This document shows, piece by piece, positions 54,942 through 64,000 of a DNA stretch of 64,000 nt. Made by a program: the position numbers and the translations under genes. Location: positions 248,001 through 312,000 of IMG/VR virus record IMGVR_UViG_3300005537_000001; one strand, 5' to 3'. Position 1 is the stretch's first letter. The number at the start of each line of letters is the position of its first letter. Under the pieces are notes generated by a model. The model had not been told where the DNA came from. It saw only the letters and a list, made by a program, of their open reading frames with translations, and did no database searches.

Positions 54942-56565
54942 CTCTACTTCTCCAGTAAGCTACACCACCCAAATCCCTTCCTGCCGCGGCGTTACCGACC
55001 CCGTCGTGGTGAACCAAGCCGTATTGAAAATCACCCTGGTTTAGGTTGGGAAATTGACTAGACCACGCCGTCGAGACGATTGATTTTCCAGCTATCTTAG
55101 TGCTATCAGCTTGGTATGCCGTCCAAAACGGCAAAATTTCCGTTTTGTAAAATGCGATATACGCTCTGGTCGCTAGCGTAGAATCACAGCGGTTCGCGCA
55201 AGTTGGTGGCACACCGATTATCCCATAATAGTGAACAGCCGTTGCGTCCAGCATCTGATATAAGCCAGTTGCTGAGCTAGTTGGATTTTTCGCGAATGGA
55301 TCTAAACTGCTTTCTATAGTGGCGACGGATTGTATAAATTTTGCATCGAATGGTGTCAAGGTAACATCTGACGCGCACGCCGACTGTATAGCGCTAATAA
55401 CTTCAGCTGCATCTGGAGTAATTGCAGGCGCGCACGCTGATCTGTGAGAATTTATGTTGTTGGTCGGAGGCGTTGGTGGATTTCCATCAGGCTGAACTGG
55501 AACAGCCGTATCTTGCGGTAGTACCGGCGGACAATCAGCATTAGCTGCAGCTGTCTCTCCTGTTGTCAATCCAGCGTTAGAATTTGTTATGTTCTCAAAT
55601 CCAGTTGGAGCTGGATCACCATCAACTGTAGCAGCTGGGTCATTGTCAATCGCGACTGAAGTTGTGCCATTCAAATATGCCATAGGATCAACAGGATTTC
55701 GCCATGATCCTTTGTGAACTTCAAAGTGAAGATGCATGCCGGTTCCAATGCCAGCGTTTCCTTCAAGAGCTATTTTTTGTCCAGCTGATACTAGCTGACC
55801 AACGGTAACATATATGTTACCATCATTCATGTGGCCATAAATTGTAGTTGCTACAAGGTTCTCTTGTGAGTCGCGATGCTCGATGACTATCCAATTACCA
55901 AAACCTATCGCTGGACCAGCCTTGGTTACAACACCATCACCTGCTGCCACTATAAACCCCTGAGAATGATCAACCATCGCGATGTCAATGCCGTTGTGCT
56001 GGGTGCTGGCTCCAGGAGCTGGAGGTGTTCTTGGACCAAACGCGCAGGTAACGTGAGCTTCGGAGCTTGTTGTCCCGACAAGGGGGAAAACAAGCTGGAC
56101 AGTATCGGATTTTGTTCCAATCTTTGGGTAGAAATTAAATTCGCGCGAATCGATGAACCCGCTGCCGTCATTGACCTCGATGAGAACTTTGTAAAGCTTA
56201 TTAGCATTCGCGCCGGAGACCGTTCCACTTAGCAATCCAGTTAGCGTATTGAATGATAGTTCCGTAAGCGGTGATAATCCTGAGCTGCCGTTGACCGCTA
56301 TCTGCCAACCTGTTGCTGTTCGCGTGGAGCTTGGCGTAAGCTTGAAGGTAACATTGACGTTCCCGTTAAGATCAGACGTAAGTGAGGTGTTGTTGATGAG
56401 GTTTGGAGTTGTACCACCGATATCATTCTTCAGCCCCGAAACCGAGCCTGCTCTCCGCATGTAACAATCCAGATTTTCGCCAACTTGAATTTGCGTTGGC
56501 TGACGATATTCTGGTATCGGGGCCCACAGCGGTGTTCTATCGGGAGGGGTGCAGCTGCAACTCAT
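54934..56565 (-). CDS. Ig-like + M23 peptidase + SLT transglycosylase muralytic protein
   Basis: HNGID, YGHM and HLHFE (M23); TIESS.DP.A...SATGLYQ (SLT). Confidence 0.85.
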   Translation of the reverse strand: MSCSCTPPDRTPLWAPIPEYRQPTQIQVGENLDCYMRRAGSVSGLKNDIGGTTPNLINNTSLTSDLNGNVNVTFKLTPSSTRTATGWQIAVNGSSGLSPLTELSFNTLTGLLSGTVSGANANKLYKVLIEVNDGSGFIDSREFNFYPKIGTKSDTVQLVFPLVGTTSSEAHVTCAFGPRTPPAPGASTQHNGIDIAMVDHSQGFIVAAGDGVVTKAGPAIGFGNWIVIEHRDSQENLVATTIYGHMNDGNIYVTVGQLVSAGQKIALEGNAGIGTGMHLHFEVHKGSWRNPVDPMAYLNGTTSVAIDNDPAATVDGDPAPTGFENITNSNAGLTTGETAAANADCPPVLPQDTAVPVQPDGNPPTPPTNNINSHRSACAPAITPDAAEVISAIQSACASDVTLTPFDAKFIQSVATIESSLDPFAKNPTSSATGLYQMLDATAVHYYGIIGVPPTCANRCDSTLATRAYIAFYKTEILPFWTAYQADSTKIAGKSIVSTAWSSQFPNLNQGDFQYGLVHHDGVGNAAAGRDLGGVAYWRSRVT

Positions 56566-56978
56566 TATTTCTTCTGCGTTAAGTTTGTTTCCACTTTCTT
56601 CTTTGCTGCATCGGCTGTTTCCGCGGCTTGAGCTGCATCAGACAGCTGCTTCTGCTGAATGTTCTGAGCTGCAGCGGTTTGATCAAGCTGAGCTTGTTGC
56701 CCAGTGAAAAACGTAGCTATGTCCTTAAGCTGATTTTCAAGGGAACGAGTGTACTGTTCCTTAAGCAGCAACCACGCCGCTACGTCAGATTGCTTTGCAG
56801 TATCAACGTTGATAGGTGCTACTGGAGCTGGTAGAGTCATTAGCTGAGCTGGTGGAATCTTGATAACGTATTCAGTTTGGGTAATGATCTGCTTCTCAAG
56901 TGGAACCGGTTTTACGCGCGCTGGGATGCACGCGCTTAGAGATACGCAGAGGGCTAGCGTGATGAGTATGTTTTTCAT
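56565..56978 (-). CDS. o-spanin (Rz1-like) lipoprotein
   Basis: Lipobox LSAC; Pro-rich segment; follows the i-spanin. Confidence 0.75.
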   Translation of the reverse strand: MKNILITLALCVSLSACIPARVKPVPLEKQIITQTEYVIKIPPAQLMTLPAPVAPINVDTAKQSDVAAWLLLKEQYTRSLENQLKDIATFFTGQQAQLDQTAAAQNIQQKQLSDAAQAAETADAAKKKVETNLTQKK

Positions 56979-57415
56979 TATTTTGTTCCTTCGATGCCGC
57001 GAACAGTTTCACGAAGATCTGGTGCTAGAGGACCATCATTTGCAGCATTTTTTTCCATGTCGGAAAGCTTTTTACCAAGAACACCAATTGCCGCAACGTT
57101 TGATTTTTGCTGGGCTGCTAAGCTTGTAACTGCAGCTTGAGCATCGCTTCGTTCTTTAATTAACCCGGCGATTGTAGCTTGATCTGTAGAATTTACGCCA
57201 GTGCACGTGTTTAGATTTGCCTTGAGCACGTCGTTGTTTTCTTGAAGAATTTTGTTATTTTGGGTTAGCGTTGTATTGTTTTGTTCGAGGCGGTGAAAAT
57301 AATCCCACTCATGTTTAATCCAAAAACCACCGCCCAAAGCTAAAGCTACGCAGGCGAGCGCGATGAGCATCTTGACTTCTGTTACGCCAGGAATTAGATC
57401 TGAAAGTAATCCCAT
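56978..57415 (-). CDS. i-spanin (Rz-like)
   Basis: N-terminal TM followed by a coiled coil; ends ...PLAPDLRETV. Confidence 0.75.
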   Translation of the reverse strand: MGLLSDLIPGVTEVKMLIALACVALALGGGFWIKHEWDYFHRLEQNNTTLTQNNKILQENNDVLKANLNTCTGVNSTDQATIAGLIKERSDAQAAVTSLAAQQKSNVAAIGVLGKKLSDMEKNAANDGPLAPDLRETVRGIEGTK

Positions 57416-57437
57416 ATATTATCTCCTATCTGATAGT

Positions 57438-57473
57438 AAAAGGGGCCGACTGATTAAAAGGTCAGTCGGCCCC
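57438..57473 (-). terminator. intrinsic terminator after the giant fibre gene
   Basis: GGGGCCGACTGA 12-bp stem with T4 on the - strand. Confidence 0.8.
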
Positions 57474-57494
57474 TGTACGACGCTCTAGAGCTCA

Positions 57495-60400
57495 TTAGCC
57501 ATGAGCGGCTGGTGTAATACCAGGTACACCCTCGATGACAACGAATATGTTGATCGCTGAAGTTAGCGTAACGATAAGGTTGTTTGCATCGACGAACAAT
57601 ACCTGCTGTGGAAGCAGCATGCTTGGACCAACGTAGATCGTACCAAGAGCACCGCCGGTTGTTACCGCGGATGTTACCGTTATCACGGTGTTACCTCCGG
57701 TAAATACCGAGCTTGATACCGTCCACGTACCATCATTGCTCGTAGAGCCAACTACCGCAAATTGGAAACCATTCACGAAGATTGCCGTTTGATCGCTACC
57801 CGCGATGGTGAACGATGTGGTAGAGGTTGTATTGACAGCAAAGCTGGCAGGTACCGTTGAATCATAGCACACGACAGATACACATTCCTGGTTGAGGTTG
57901 TGGTTAATCTTGTATGCCTTCTTAGCACCAGCATCTGCAGCTGAACTGTACGTAAACTGAACTGGAGAAGCTGTAAAGACTCCGGTAGCAGAAGCAACTA
58001 GAACAGTTCCAACGACAGCGGCTGAGTTGTTGACGCCAGTGCCACCAGATGTTGAGCCTAGAATTCCAGCTAGAGTCACGGCGCCCGTAGTAGATGCGCT
58101 TGGTGTCAATCCGGATAGTGATGTCTGGAATGATGTAACGCCGGTGTTGTTGACTGTTACAGCTCCAGTGCCACCAGAGATCGATATGCCAGTTCCAGCA
58201 ACGATGGATGTAACACCGGTGTTTGCAAGTTGGATTGAACCAGCACCGTTCGTTACTGAGATACCAGCTCCGGTAGTTGTAATGTTGGCTGCAACTGGAA
58301 CATTTCCAGTAGAACCAATCAGCAGCTGACCGTTGGTTGGCGCTGAAGTGGTTACCAGGTTGTTGCCTGCATCGGAGTATACGAATGACTTAGCGGTGTT
58401 GGTATCAACCTTAAGCGTTGTTGTTACCTCAACAGAACCAGGAGCGATGAACGCTGAAGGAACGCTGAGAGTTACGCTGCCAGTTGAAGCTGAGGCTGTA
58501 ATTTCATTGGCCGTACCAGCTAGCGATGTAACGCCGGTATTCGCAAGGGTGATTGAACCAGCACCGTTCGTTACCGAGATACCAGAACCGGAGGTCACGA
58601 TGTTGGCAACAACTGGGTTGGCACCAGTAGAACCGATCAACAGCTGACCGTTGGTTGGTGATGCTGATGCGACAACGTTGCTGTTAGCGTCAGAGAACAA
58701 GAAGGCGCTTGCCGTATTTGTATCAATCTTCAACGTTGTCGTTACTTCTACAGAACCAGGCGCGATGAACGCGGTTGGAATTGCGATCGTTACGCCAGCT
58801 GGAGATGATACCGCCGTTGTTGTAATTTCATTCGGTGTACCGAAGATGTTGAATGATGATCCAACAACCAATGGAACCGTACCAGAGCCATCGGTATCGA
58901 TCGGCGTGGAATTAGTTAGGAATGTTGGGGCACCAGTTCCACCGGATAGAACTATCTGACCGGTAGTACCAGCGGTTGAAACCGCTAGGGCTGTTCCTGT
59001 ACCATAAACTAGTCCACCAGCCGTAGCCGTCAAGCTTGCATTAGTACCACCGCTTGCAAGACCGAGGGTGCCAGCTAGCGTTATGGCGCCAGTTGTTGCG
59101 GTCGATGGTGTAAGACCGGCAAGGCTTGTCTGGAAAGATGTAACGGCTGTCGTTGATGCATTTGCCCACGACGGTGCGCCACCGGTGTTACCGACAAGGA
59201 TCTGACCAGTTGTACCGGCCGCGGTTACCTGCAGCGCTCCGGTTCCGTTACCGTAAACAACGCCGTCAGAGGTAAATGAGGTTGCACCTGTACCACCGTT
59301 GGAAACTACCAGCGTGCCGCCGAGAGTTACGTTACCCGCCATGGTGCTTGAAGGAGTCAAACCGGTTGTTCCACCGTTGAACGATAGAACGCCAGTGTTG
59401 CTGATTGAAGTGTTACCGTTGTTGTAGGTAACTGAAATGCCAATACCATTTACAACGACTGGGTCGATTGAGTACCACTGGGTAGTGGTTGATGCTTGAC
59501 CAGTCCAGGTACCACCAGCTGGTACGCTTATTGAATTGTTAGCACCAGCACCGTCGATGGCAGCTCCACTTGCAGGGAATACCAATACTCCCATCGAGCC
59601 AACGTTAACTACGGTAACTTCAGCACCAGCAAACGCTGGAACTGGAAGTAATACAGCAGTATTGCCCGGTGTTGCGGTTACAACGCAGAATTCATGTCCT
59701 AGCGGAGCCGCGGCACCTTGAGTTGTGCCGTTCGCCGTTATCATGCCCGTGCTCTGATAGGTCAAACCGTCAAATTTCGCGGTTGTCGTAACTTCCAATG
59801 AACCTGGTAGAACAACCGTCGACGGTAAGCTTAGAGTTACAGAACCAACCGAGCTGCTTGCCGCGATTTCATTTGCGGTACCAGCGATGCTCGTTACCGC
59901 GAGCGTGTTGAGAGCGACGAATGTTGGATCAGCTCCGGTATTACCAGTAAGAACGGTACCAGTTGCACCTACCGCCGTAGCGACAATTGAGCTTGTACCC
60001 TCACCAAGTAGAACACCGTGAGTCGTTAGCGTTGTAGCTCCGGTACCACCATTGCCAACCGCTAGGGTGCCAGTGACGGCATTTGCGTTTGCAAGATTTA
60101 CAGCGCTCCACGTAGCTGTTGTGCCATGTGTTCCAGATGATGTTAGCACTTGACCAGCTGTCGCTGAAGAATCTACGGCAACGTTGTTTAGACCATCGAT
60201 GTATGTTGTTACACCATCGGTGCGAACGCTTATGACGTTACCAGCCGTATTCAAACCGCTCGTAAACGTAAAGACCGATCCACCAGAGAACTGGGAGAAT
60301 AGAATGCTAGTTGTACCAATTGTTATTGGGTCTTGTGTAGACTGCACCCAACCAGTTGTTGCCTGAGTTGTACCATCCGTGATGAATACCGCTGCTGCAT

Positions 60401-63400
60401 CCATTTCAGCTGGAGTGTTGTTGTCGGTAGCGCGAGTCAATACCCAATTAGTTGAGCCAGATCCGGTATTTGTAACGGTGTATATACCATTCCACACACC
60501 GCTTGAATTGGTTATGTTGGATTCGTTCTTTACGAGAACTCGCTGACCAGTTGATAGCGTGATTCCATCAAGTACGAGCGCTGCCTGAGTTCCGGCATTT
60601 GTCAGCGTAGCACCGACTCCAGAAGCACCGTTGTTATACGTTGGCGCTGTTCCAGTTAGAGTAAAGAAGTTTTCCGTGGTTCCCGCGGTTACGGCGGTTT
60701 TCCATGATAGACCATTATTTGCGGCGTCAACGTATGCCTTTGTGGCAGCATCAGTTGGGCTTGTAACTGTTCCATGCAGCGTCACACCTGAAAATGATCC
60801 AGTGCCAACGAACGATGCACCGTTGGCAACGAACATGCCAGAACCATCACCTTCGAGAATTTGATTAGTTGTTAGCGTTGATGATACAGACTGCCACGTT
60901 GGAGCACCGGTACCACCAGAGATTAGCGCTTGACCAGCTGTACCAGCTGTACCGATAGCTAGGGCAGAAGCTGTGCTGTAGACTGGAGCACCAGCTACTG
61001 GTGTGAGGTTGGCATTTGTGCCACCATTTGTTAGACCAAGAAGACCGGTTACAGCTGCAGATTGAGCTAGATTTACGGCACCAAACGCTGGTGTTCCACC
61101 GGAACCAGCCTGTAGCACCTGAAATTGAGTACCAGCCGCGGTTACACCGACGGTGCCAGTACCATTACCGAATAGAATGCCATCCGTCGTTAGCGTTGTA
61201 GCTCCAGTACCGCCAGATGCAACGCCTAGGGTGCCAGATAGAACAACGGCACCAGTTACAGGTGAAGCTGTTATACCAGCGAGCGTTGTAGCAAACGACG
61301 TTACGCCGGTGTTAGAGATGATCGTTTCACCTGGTGAATACGTTACCGACAAACCGGTTCCGCTCATTACGATAACTGGATCAATCGTGTACCAGTTACC
61401 AGAGTTAACGGACTGATACGTTGCAGTTCCACCCGTTGGAATCAAAACGGCGGCACCAGTTGCACCACCGTCGATTTGGTCACCACCAGCTGGGAATACA
61501 GCTAGCGTATGAGCGCCCAAGTTAACTACGGAAATTTCAAGACCGACACCAGATGCAGGAAGTACTACGCTGTCATTCGCGGTAGCTACGGTAGTAACTA
61601 CGTTATATGAGTGAGTAAGAGGTGTGGCACCGCTCTGACCACCACCCGCAAATGCCGTGATGCCAGTTGTAGCGCTTTCAAACGTTAGACCATTTACCGT
61701 CAAGTTGCCGGTAGAAGTTACCGAGCCTGGAGCGACAAGAGTTGAGGACAAGCTTAGCGTTACCGTACCAGTTGCAGAAGATGCATTGATCTGATTAGCA
61801 GTACCGAGGATTGAGTTAGCAACGTTGGACCATGTTGGAAGGGCACCAGCTCCTGCCGATGTTAGCACCTGTCCACTAGTGCCAGCTGAACCGTTAAGGC
61901 CAAGCGCACCAGAAACTAGATTTACTCCAGTTCCGGCGCTGATGCCATTGATCGTAAGCGCCGTGCCTGAAGCTGGGGTGTTGATTGTAACGTCACCAGC
62001 AGCTGAAATTGTCATTCTTGTTGACAGTGATGTCGCGCCGGTTTGGAATTGGATTGTACCACCAGAACCATCAGAACCACCAACGCCGGCTTCAAGATTT
62101 AGACCACCACCGTTACCACCAGAACCTGTCGCGTTACCACCCTGAAGCGTTAGCACACCACCAGTTTGAGTTCCACCAGTACCAGTTGCAGCTCCACCAG
62201 CTACCGTAACGGCACCACCTACAGAAGCGGTACCAGTTGCAGCTCCACCAGCTACCGTAACGGCACCACCGTTACCAGTTCCACCAGCCGCGCCGGCGGT
62301 AAGATTTACAACGCCGCCAGCCGTATTGTTTGCGGTGCTACCAGCACCGGCAGTTAGAGTAAGCGCGCGACCTGGATTGGTGTCGGTGCTTGGACCAGAT
62401 TTAACCGTCAGCGCGATGTTGGAACCCATCACGATGTTGCCGCCGAGTGAAGTGTTACCAAACGCTAGCGTTTCGGTTGTGTCGGTCCACGTAAAATCGG
62501 ATGTACCGGTTAGAACGCCACCAGCGCTTCCATAGCCGATAAACGTTGCGGTTAGTGGAGCAGCTGGAGCAGCCCATGTTGGAGGAGAAGTTGATGATCC
62601 TCCAGATGTTAGAACTTGACCGGCGGTACCGAAGGATGGTGTTGAACCAATGCCAAGGGCGCCAGAATCATTAATGGTGAACTGCGTTGAAACTGAAACA
62701 TCACCAGTTTGCAAAATAATTGATCCACCGGTACCAGATGGTGATGTGCCACCCATCAAAATAACTGCACCACCCGGGCCGCTCGTCATACCAGGACCAC
62801 CGGATATCGTTACAGCTTCACCCCGCGCTGGTCCAGCTCCCGCGTGACCACCCGCAATTATTACCCCGCCACCTAGGCTGCCGCTTGATGTTATACCACC
62901 GGTGATAAAAACTCTACCACCTGCAACACCACTGACACCACCACCACCACCATTGATAACCACATCACCAGAAGTTTGACCGATACCAGACGCCTGTCCA
63001 CCTTGAACGGTGACTTGACCGCCAACAGATGTTGACGATGTTCCGCCGGAAATAATTACAATGCCGCCTCGACCAGATCCAGTGTTTGCGCTACCAGTGA
63101 CGTTAAGATTTGGAGATGTTGCTCCAGTTGTTCCTGGGATGGTAAGTATGCCATCTACGGTTGATGAACCAATGCTTAAAGTTTTAGTCGTTTCAGTCCA
63201 GGTAAAATCTGGAGTGCTCGTAACCGTGTTTGTCGCGCTGCCGTACGCTACCTGGGTAGCGGTAAGCGTAGTTGCCGTGGTCGTCCACGTAGGTGGTCCA
63301 CCCGCGCCAGCTGACGTTAGCGTCTGACCAGCCGTACCAACTGAGTTACCAGTACCAACGCCAAGCGCGCCTGATGGGTTAATCGTTAAAGCTAGAGCCG

Positions 63401-64000
63401 CGGCGGTTGTACCAGTTGTGACTGTGAATGAACCAGATGTACCAGTTGCAGAGATACCGGTAGCTAGACTTACGCTACCACCACCACCCGCGCTTGACGC
63501 ACCACCAGCTTGAACTATGAACGATGATCCAGCACCACCTGAAGTTGTAGCAGGAGTAGAGGCACCGGTAAACGTTATGTTGCCACCATGCGCGTTAGCT
63601 CCAGCACCAGGCGTGCCGATTGAAACTAGAAATGCACCTGATGGTTGGTTTGTTGCTCCACCAGCACCAGTCGTTAGGGTTAAATTGTTGCCAGATACCG
63701 TGGACGCGGTGCCGACGCCAGCTTGAATCTGCAGAGTGCCACCACCACCGGATGGACCAGATAGCGTACCGGTTCCGTTGGATGCACCGATGCTTAGAGT
63801 TGCTGTAGATTCACTCCACGTAAAGTCGGAAGTGCCGGTAAGAAGGTTACCAGCTGAACCATAACCAACGAACGTTGACGCTAGGGTTGCGCCAGTCGAA
63901 TTTACAGTTACGGCACCAGTCGCTCCGGACACTGAAATATTGGTACCAGCAACGATGGATGTTACGCCGGTATTGTTGATTTGAAGTGTACCAGCTCCAG
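57495..64000 (-). CDS. giant fibre protein (>2,160 aa), 5'-truncated by the window edge
   Basis: Frame stays open past 63932 to the edge (GAGTLQINNTGVTS...); shares modules with 10671, 15401 and 21132. Confidence 0.88.
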   Translation of the reverse strand, partial: GAGTLQINNTGVTSIVAGTNISVSGATGAVTVNSTGATLASTFVGYGSAGNLLTGTSDFTWSESTATLSIGASNGTGTLSGPSGGGGTLQIQAGVGTASTVSGNNLTLTTGAGGATNQPSGAFLVSIGTPGAGANAHGGNITFTGASTPATTSGGAGSSFIVQAGGASSAGGGGSVSLATGISATGTSGSFTVTTGTTAAALALTINPSGALGVGTGNSVGTAGQTLTSAGAGGPPTWTTTATTLTATQVAYGSATNTVTSTPDFTWTETTKTLSIGSSTVDGILTIPGTTGATSPNLNVTGSANTGSGRGGIVIISGGTSSTSVGGQVTVQGGQASGIGQTSGDVVINGGGGGVSGVAGGRVFITGGITSSGSLGGGVIIAGGHAGAGPARGEAVTISGGPGMTSGPGGAVILMGGTSPSGTGGSIILQTGDVSVSTQFTINDSGALGIGSTPSFGTAGQVLTSGGSSTSPPTWAAPAAPLTATFIGYGSAGGVLTGTSDFTWTDTTETLAFGNTSLGGNIVMGSNIALTVKSGPSTDTNPGRALTLTAGAGSTANNTAGGVVNLTAGAAGGTGNGGAVTVAGGAATGTASVGGAVTVAGGAATGTGGTQTGGVLTLQGGNATGSGGNGGGLNLEAGVGGSDGSGGTIQFQTGATSLSTRMTISAAGDVTINTPASGTALTINGISAGTGVNLVSGALGLNGSAGTSGQVLTSAGAGALPTWSNVANSILGTANQINASSATGTVTLSLSSTLVAPGSVTSTGNLTVNGLTFESATTGITAFAGGGQSGATPLTHSYNVVTTVATANDSVVLPASGVGLEISVVNLGAHTLAVFPAGGDQIDGGATGAAVLIPTGGTATYQSVNSGNWYTIDPVIVMSGTGLSVTYSPGETIISNTGVTSFATTLAGITASPVTGAVVLSGTLGVASGGTGATTLTTDGILFGNGTGTVGVTAAGTQFQVLQAGSGGTPAFGAVNLAQSAAVTGLLGLTNGGTNANLTPVAGAPVYSTASALAIGTAGTAGQALISGGTGAPTWQSVSSTLTTNQILEGDGSGMFVANGASFVGTGSFSGVTLHGTVTSPTDAATKAYVDAANNGLSWKTAVTAGTTENFFTLTGTAPTYNNGASGVGATLTNAGTQAALVLDGITLSTGQRVLVKNESNITNSSGVWNGIYTVTNTGSGSTNWVLTRATDNNTPAEMDAAAVFITDGTTQATTGWVQSTQDPITIGTTSILFSQFSGGSVFTFTSGLNTAGNVISVRTDGVTTYIDGLNNVAVDSSATAGQVLTSSGTHGTTATWSAVNLANANAVTGTLAVGNGGTGATTLTTHGVLLGEGTSSIVATAVGATGTVLTGNTGADPTFVALNTLAVTSIAGTANEIAASSSVGSVTLSLPSTVVLPGSLEVTTTAKFDGLTYQSTGMITANGTTQGAAAPLGHEFCVVTATPGNTAVLLPVPAFAGAEVTVVNVGSMGVLVFPASGAAIDGAGANNSISVPAGGTWTGQASTTTQWYSIDPVVVNGIGISVTYNNGNTSISNTGVLSFNGGTTGLTPSSTMAGNVTLGGTLVVSNGGTGATSFTSDGVVYGNGTGALQVTAAGTTGQILVGNTGGAPSWANASTTAVTSFQTSLAGLTPSTATTGAITLAGTLGLASGGTNASLTATAGGLVYGTGTALAVSTAGTTGQIVLSGGTGAPTFLTNSTPIDTDGSGTVPLVVGSSFNIFGTPNEITTTAVSSPAGVTIAIPTAFIAPGSVEVTTTLKIDTNTASAFLFSDANSNVVASASPTNGQLLIGSTGANPVVANIVTSGSGISVTNGAGSITLANTGVTSLAGTANEITASASTGSVTLSVPSAFIAPGSVEVTTTLKVDTNTAKSFVYSDAGNNLVTTSAPTNGQLLIGSTGNVPVAANITTTGAGISVTNGAGSIQLANTGVTSIVAGTGISISGGTGAVTVNNTGVTSFQTSLSGLTPSASTTGAVTLAGILGSTSGGTGVNNSAAVVGTVLVASATGVFTASPVQFTYSSAADAGAKKAYKINHNLNQECVSVVCYDSTVPASFAVNTTSTTSFTIAGSDQTAIFVNGFQFAVVGSTSNDGTWTVSSSVFTGGNTVITVTSAVTTGGALGTIYVGPSMLLPQQVLFVDANNLIVTLTSAINIFVVIEGVPGITPAAHG
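62179..62270. repeat. 41-bp direct repeat, period 51, inside the fibre gene
   Basis: GTACCAGTTGCAGCTCCACCAGCTACCGTAACGGCACCACC at 62179 and 62230. Confidence 0.9.

Noticed and set aside
1-64000. CRISPR array or stop-codon reassignment
   Set aside because: No repeat-spacer array seen; recognisable genes end at TAA, TAG and TGA at their expected lengths
1-64000. Nucleus-forming (phiKZ-like) phage markers
   Set aside because: No chimallin, PhuZ or multisubunit RNAP recognised here; gene content and promoters are T4-like, though the rest of the genome is unseen

Overview
A 64 kb segment of a large T4-like (jumbo) myovirus genome in the standard genetic code, densely coding. Genes run almost entirely on the + strand to about 54.9 kb, then on the - strand. 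Replication and nucleotide genes: thyA, family-B DNA polymerase, probable sliding clamp, DsbA-like protein, RNase H/5'-exonuclease, primase, DnaB/gp41 helicase, DEDDh and PD-(D/E)XK exonucleases, MazG-like and UDG-like proteins. Host-interaction genes: macrodomain, PhoH, ClpP, an HtrA/DegQ lipoprotein, a cREC receiver with two RNA ligases, and a 2OG-Fe(II) oxygenase. Virion and lysis genes: eight modular Gly/Thr/Ser-rich fibre-like genes including a >2,160-aa fibre truncated by the window edge, a tail-tube-like protein, an M23+SLT muralytic protein and a spanin pair. There are two free-standing homing endonucleases, one broken by a single extra A. T4-style early promoters (GTKTAM-N18-TAnAAT) and late promoters (NATAAATA) are visible. 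Spanins indicate a Gram-negative host; my recollection of DegQ sequences suggests a betaproteobacterium (inference). The most unusual items are a late-expressed 1,230-aa protein fusing an RNA-ligase-fold domain to several modules separated by prohead-protease-like sites, late promoters embedded in RBS-occluding hairpins, and a domain-shuffling network among the fibre genes. No tRNA, CRISPR array, intron, intein or DGR is supported. All family calls come from motif recognition by eye; no database search was run.
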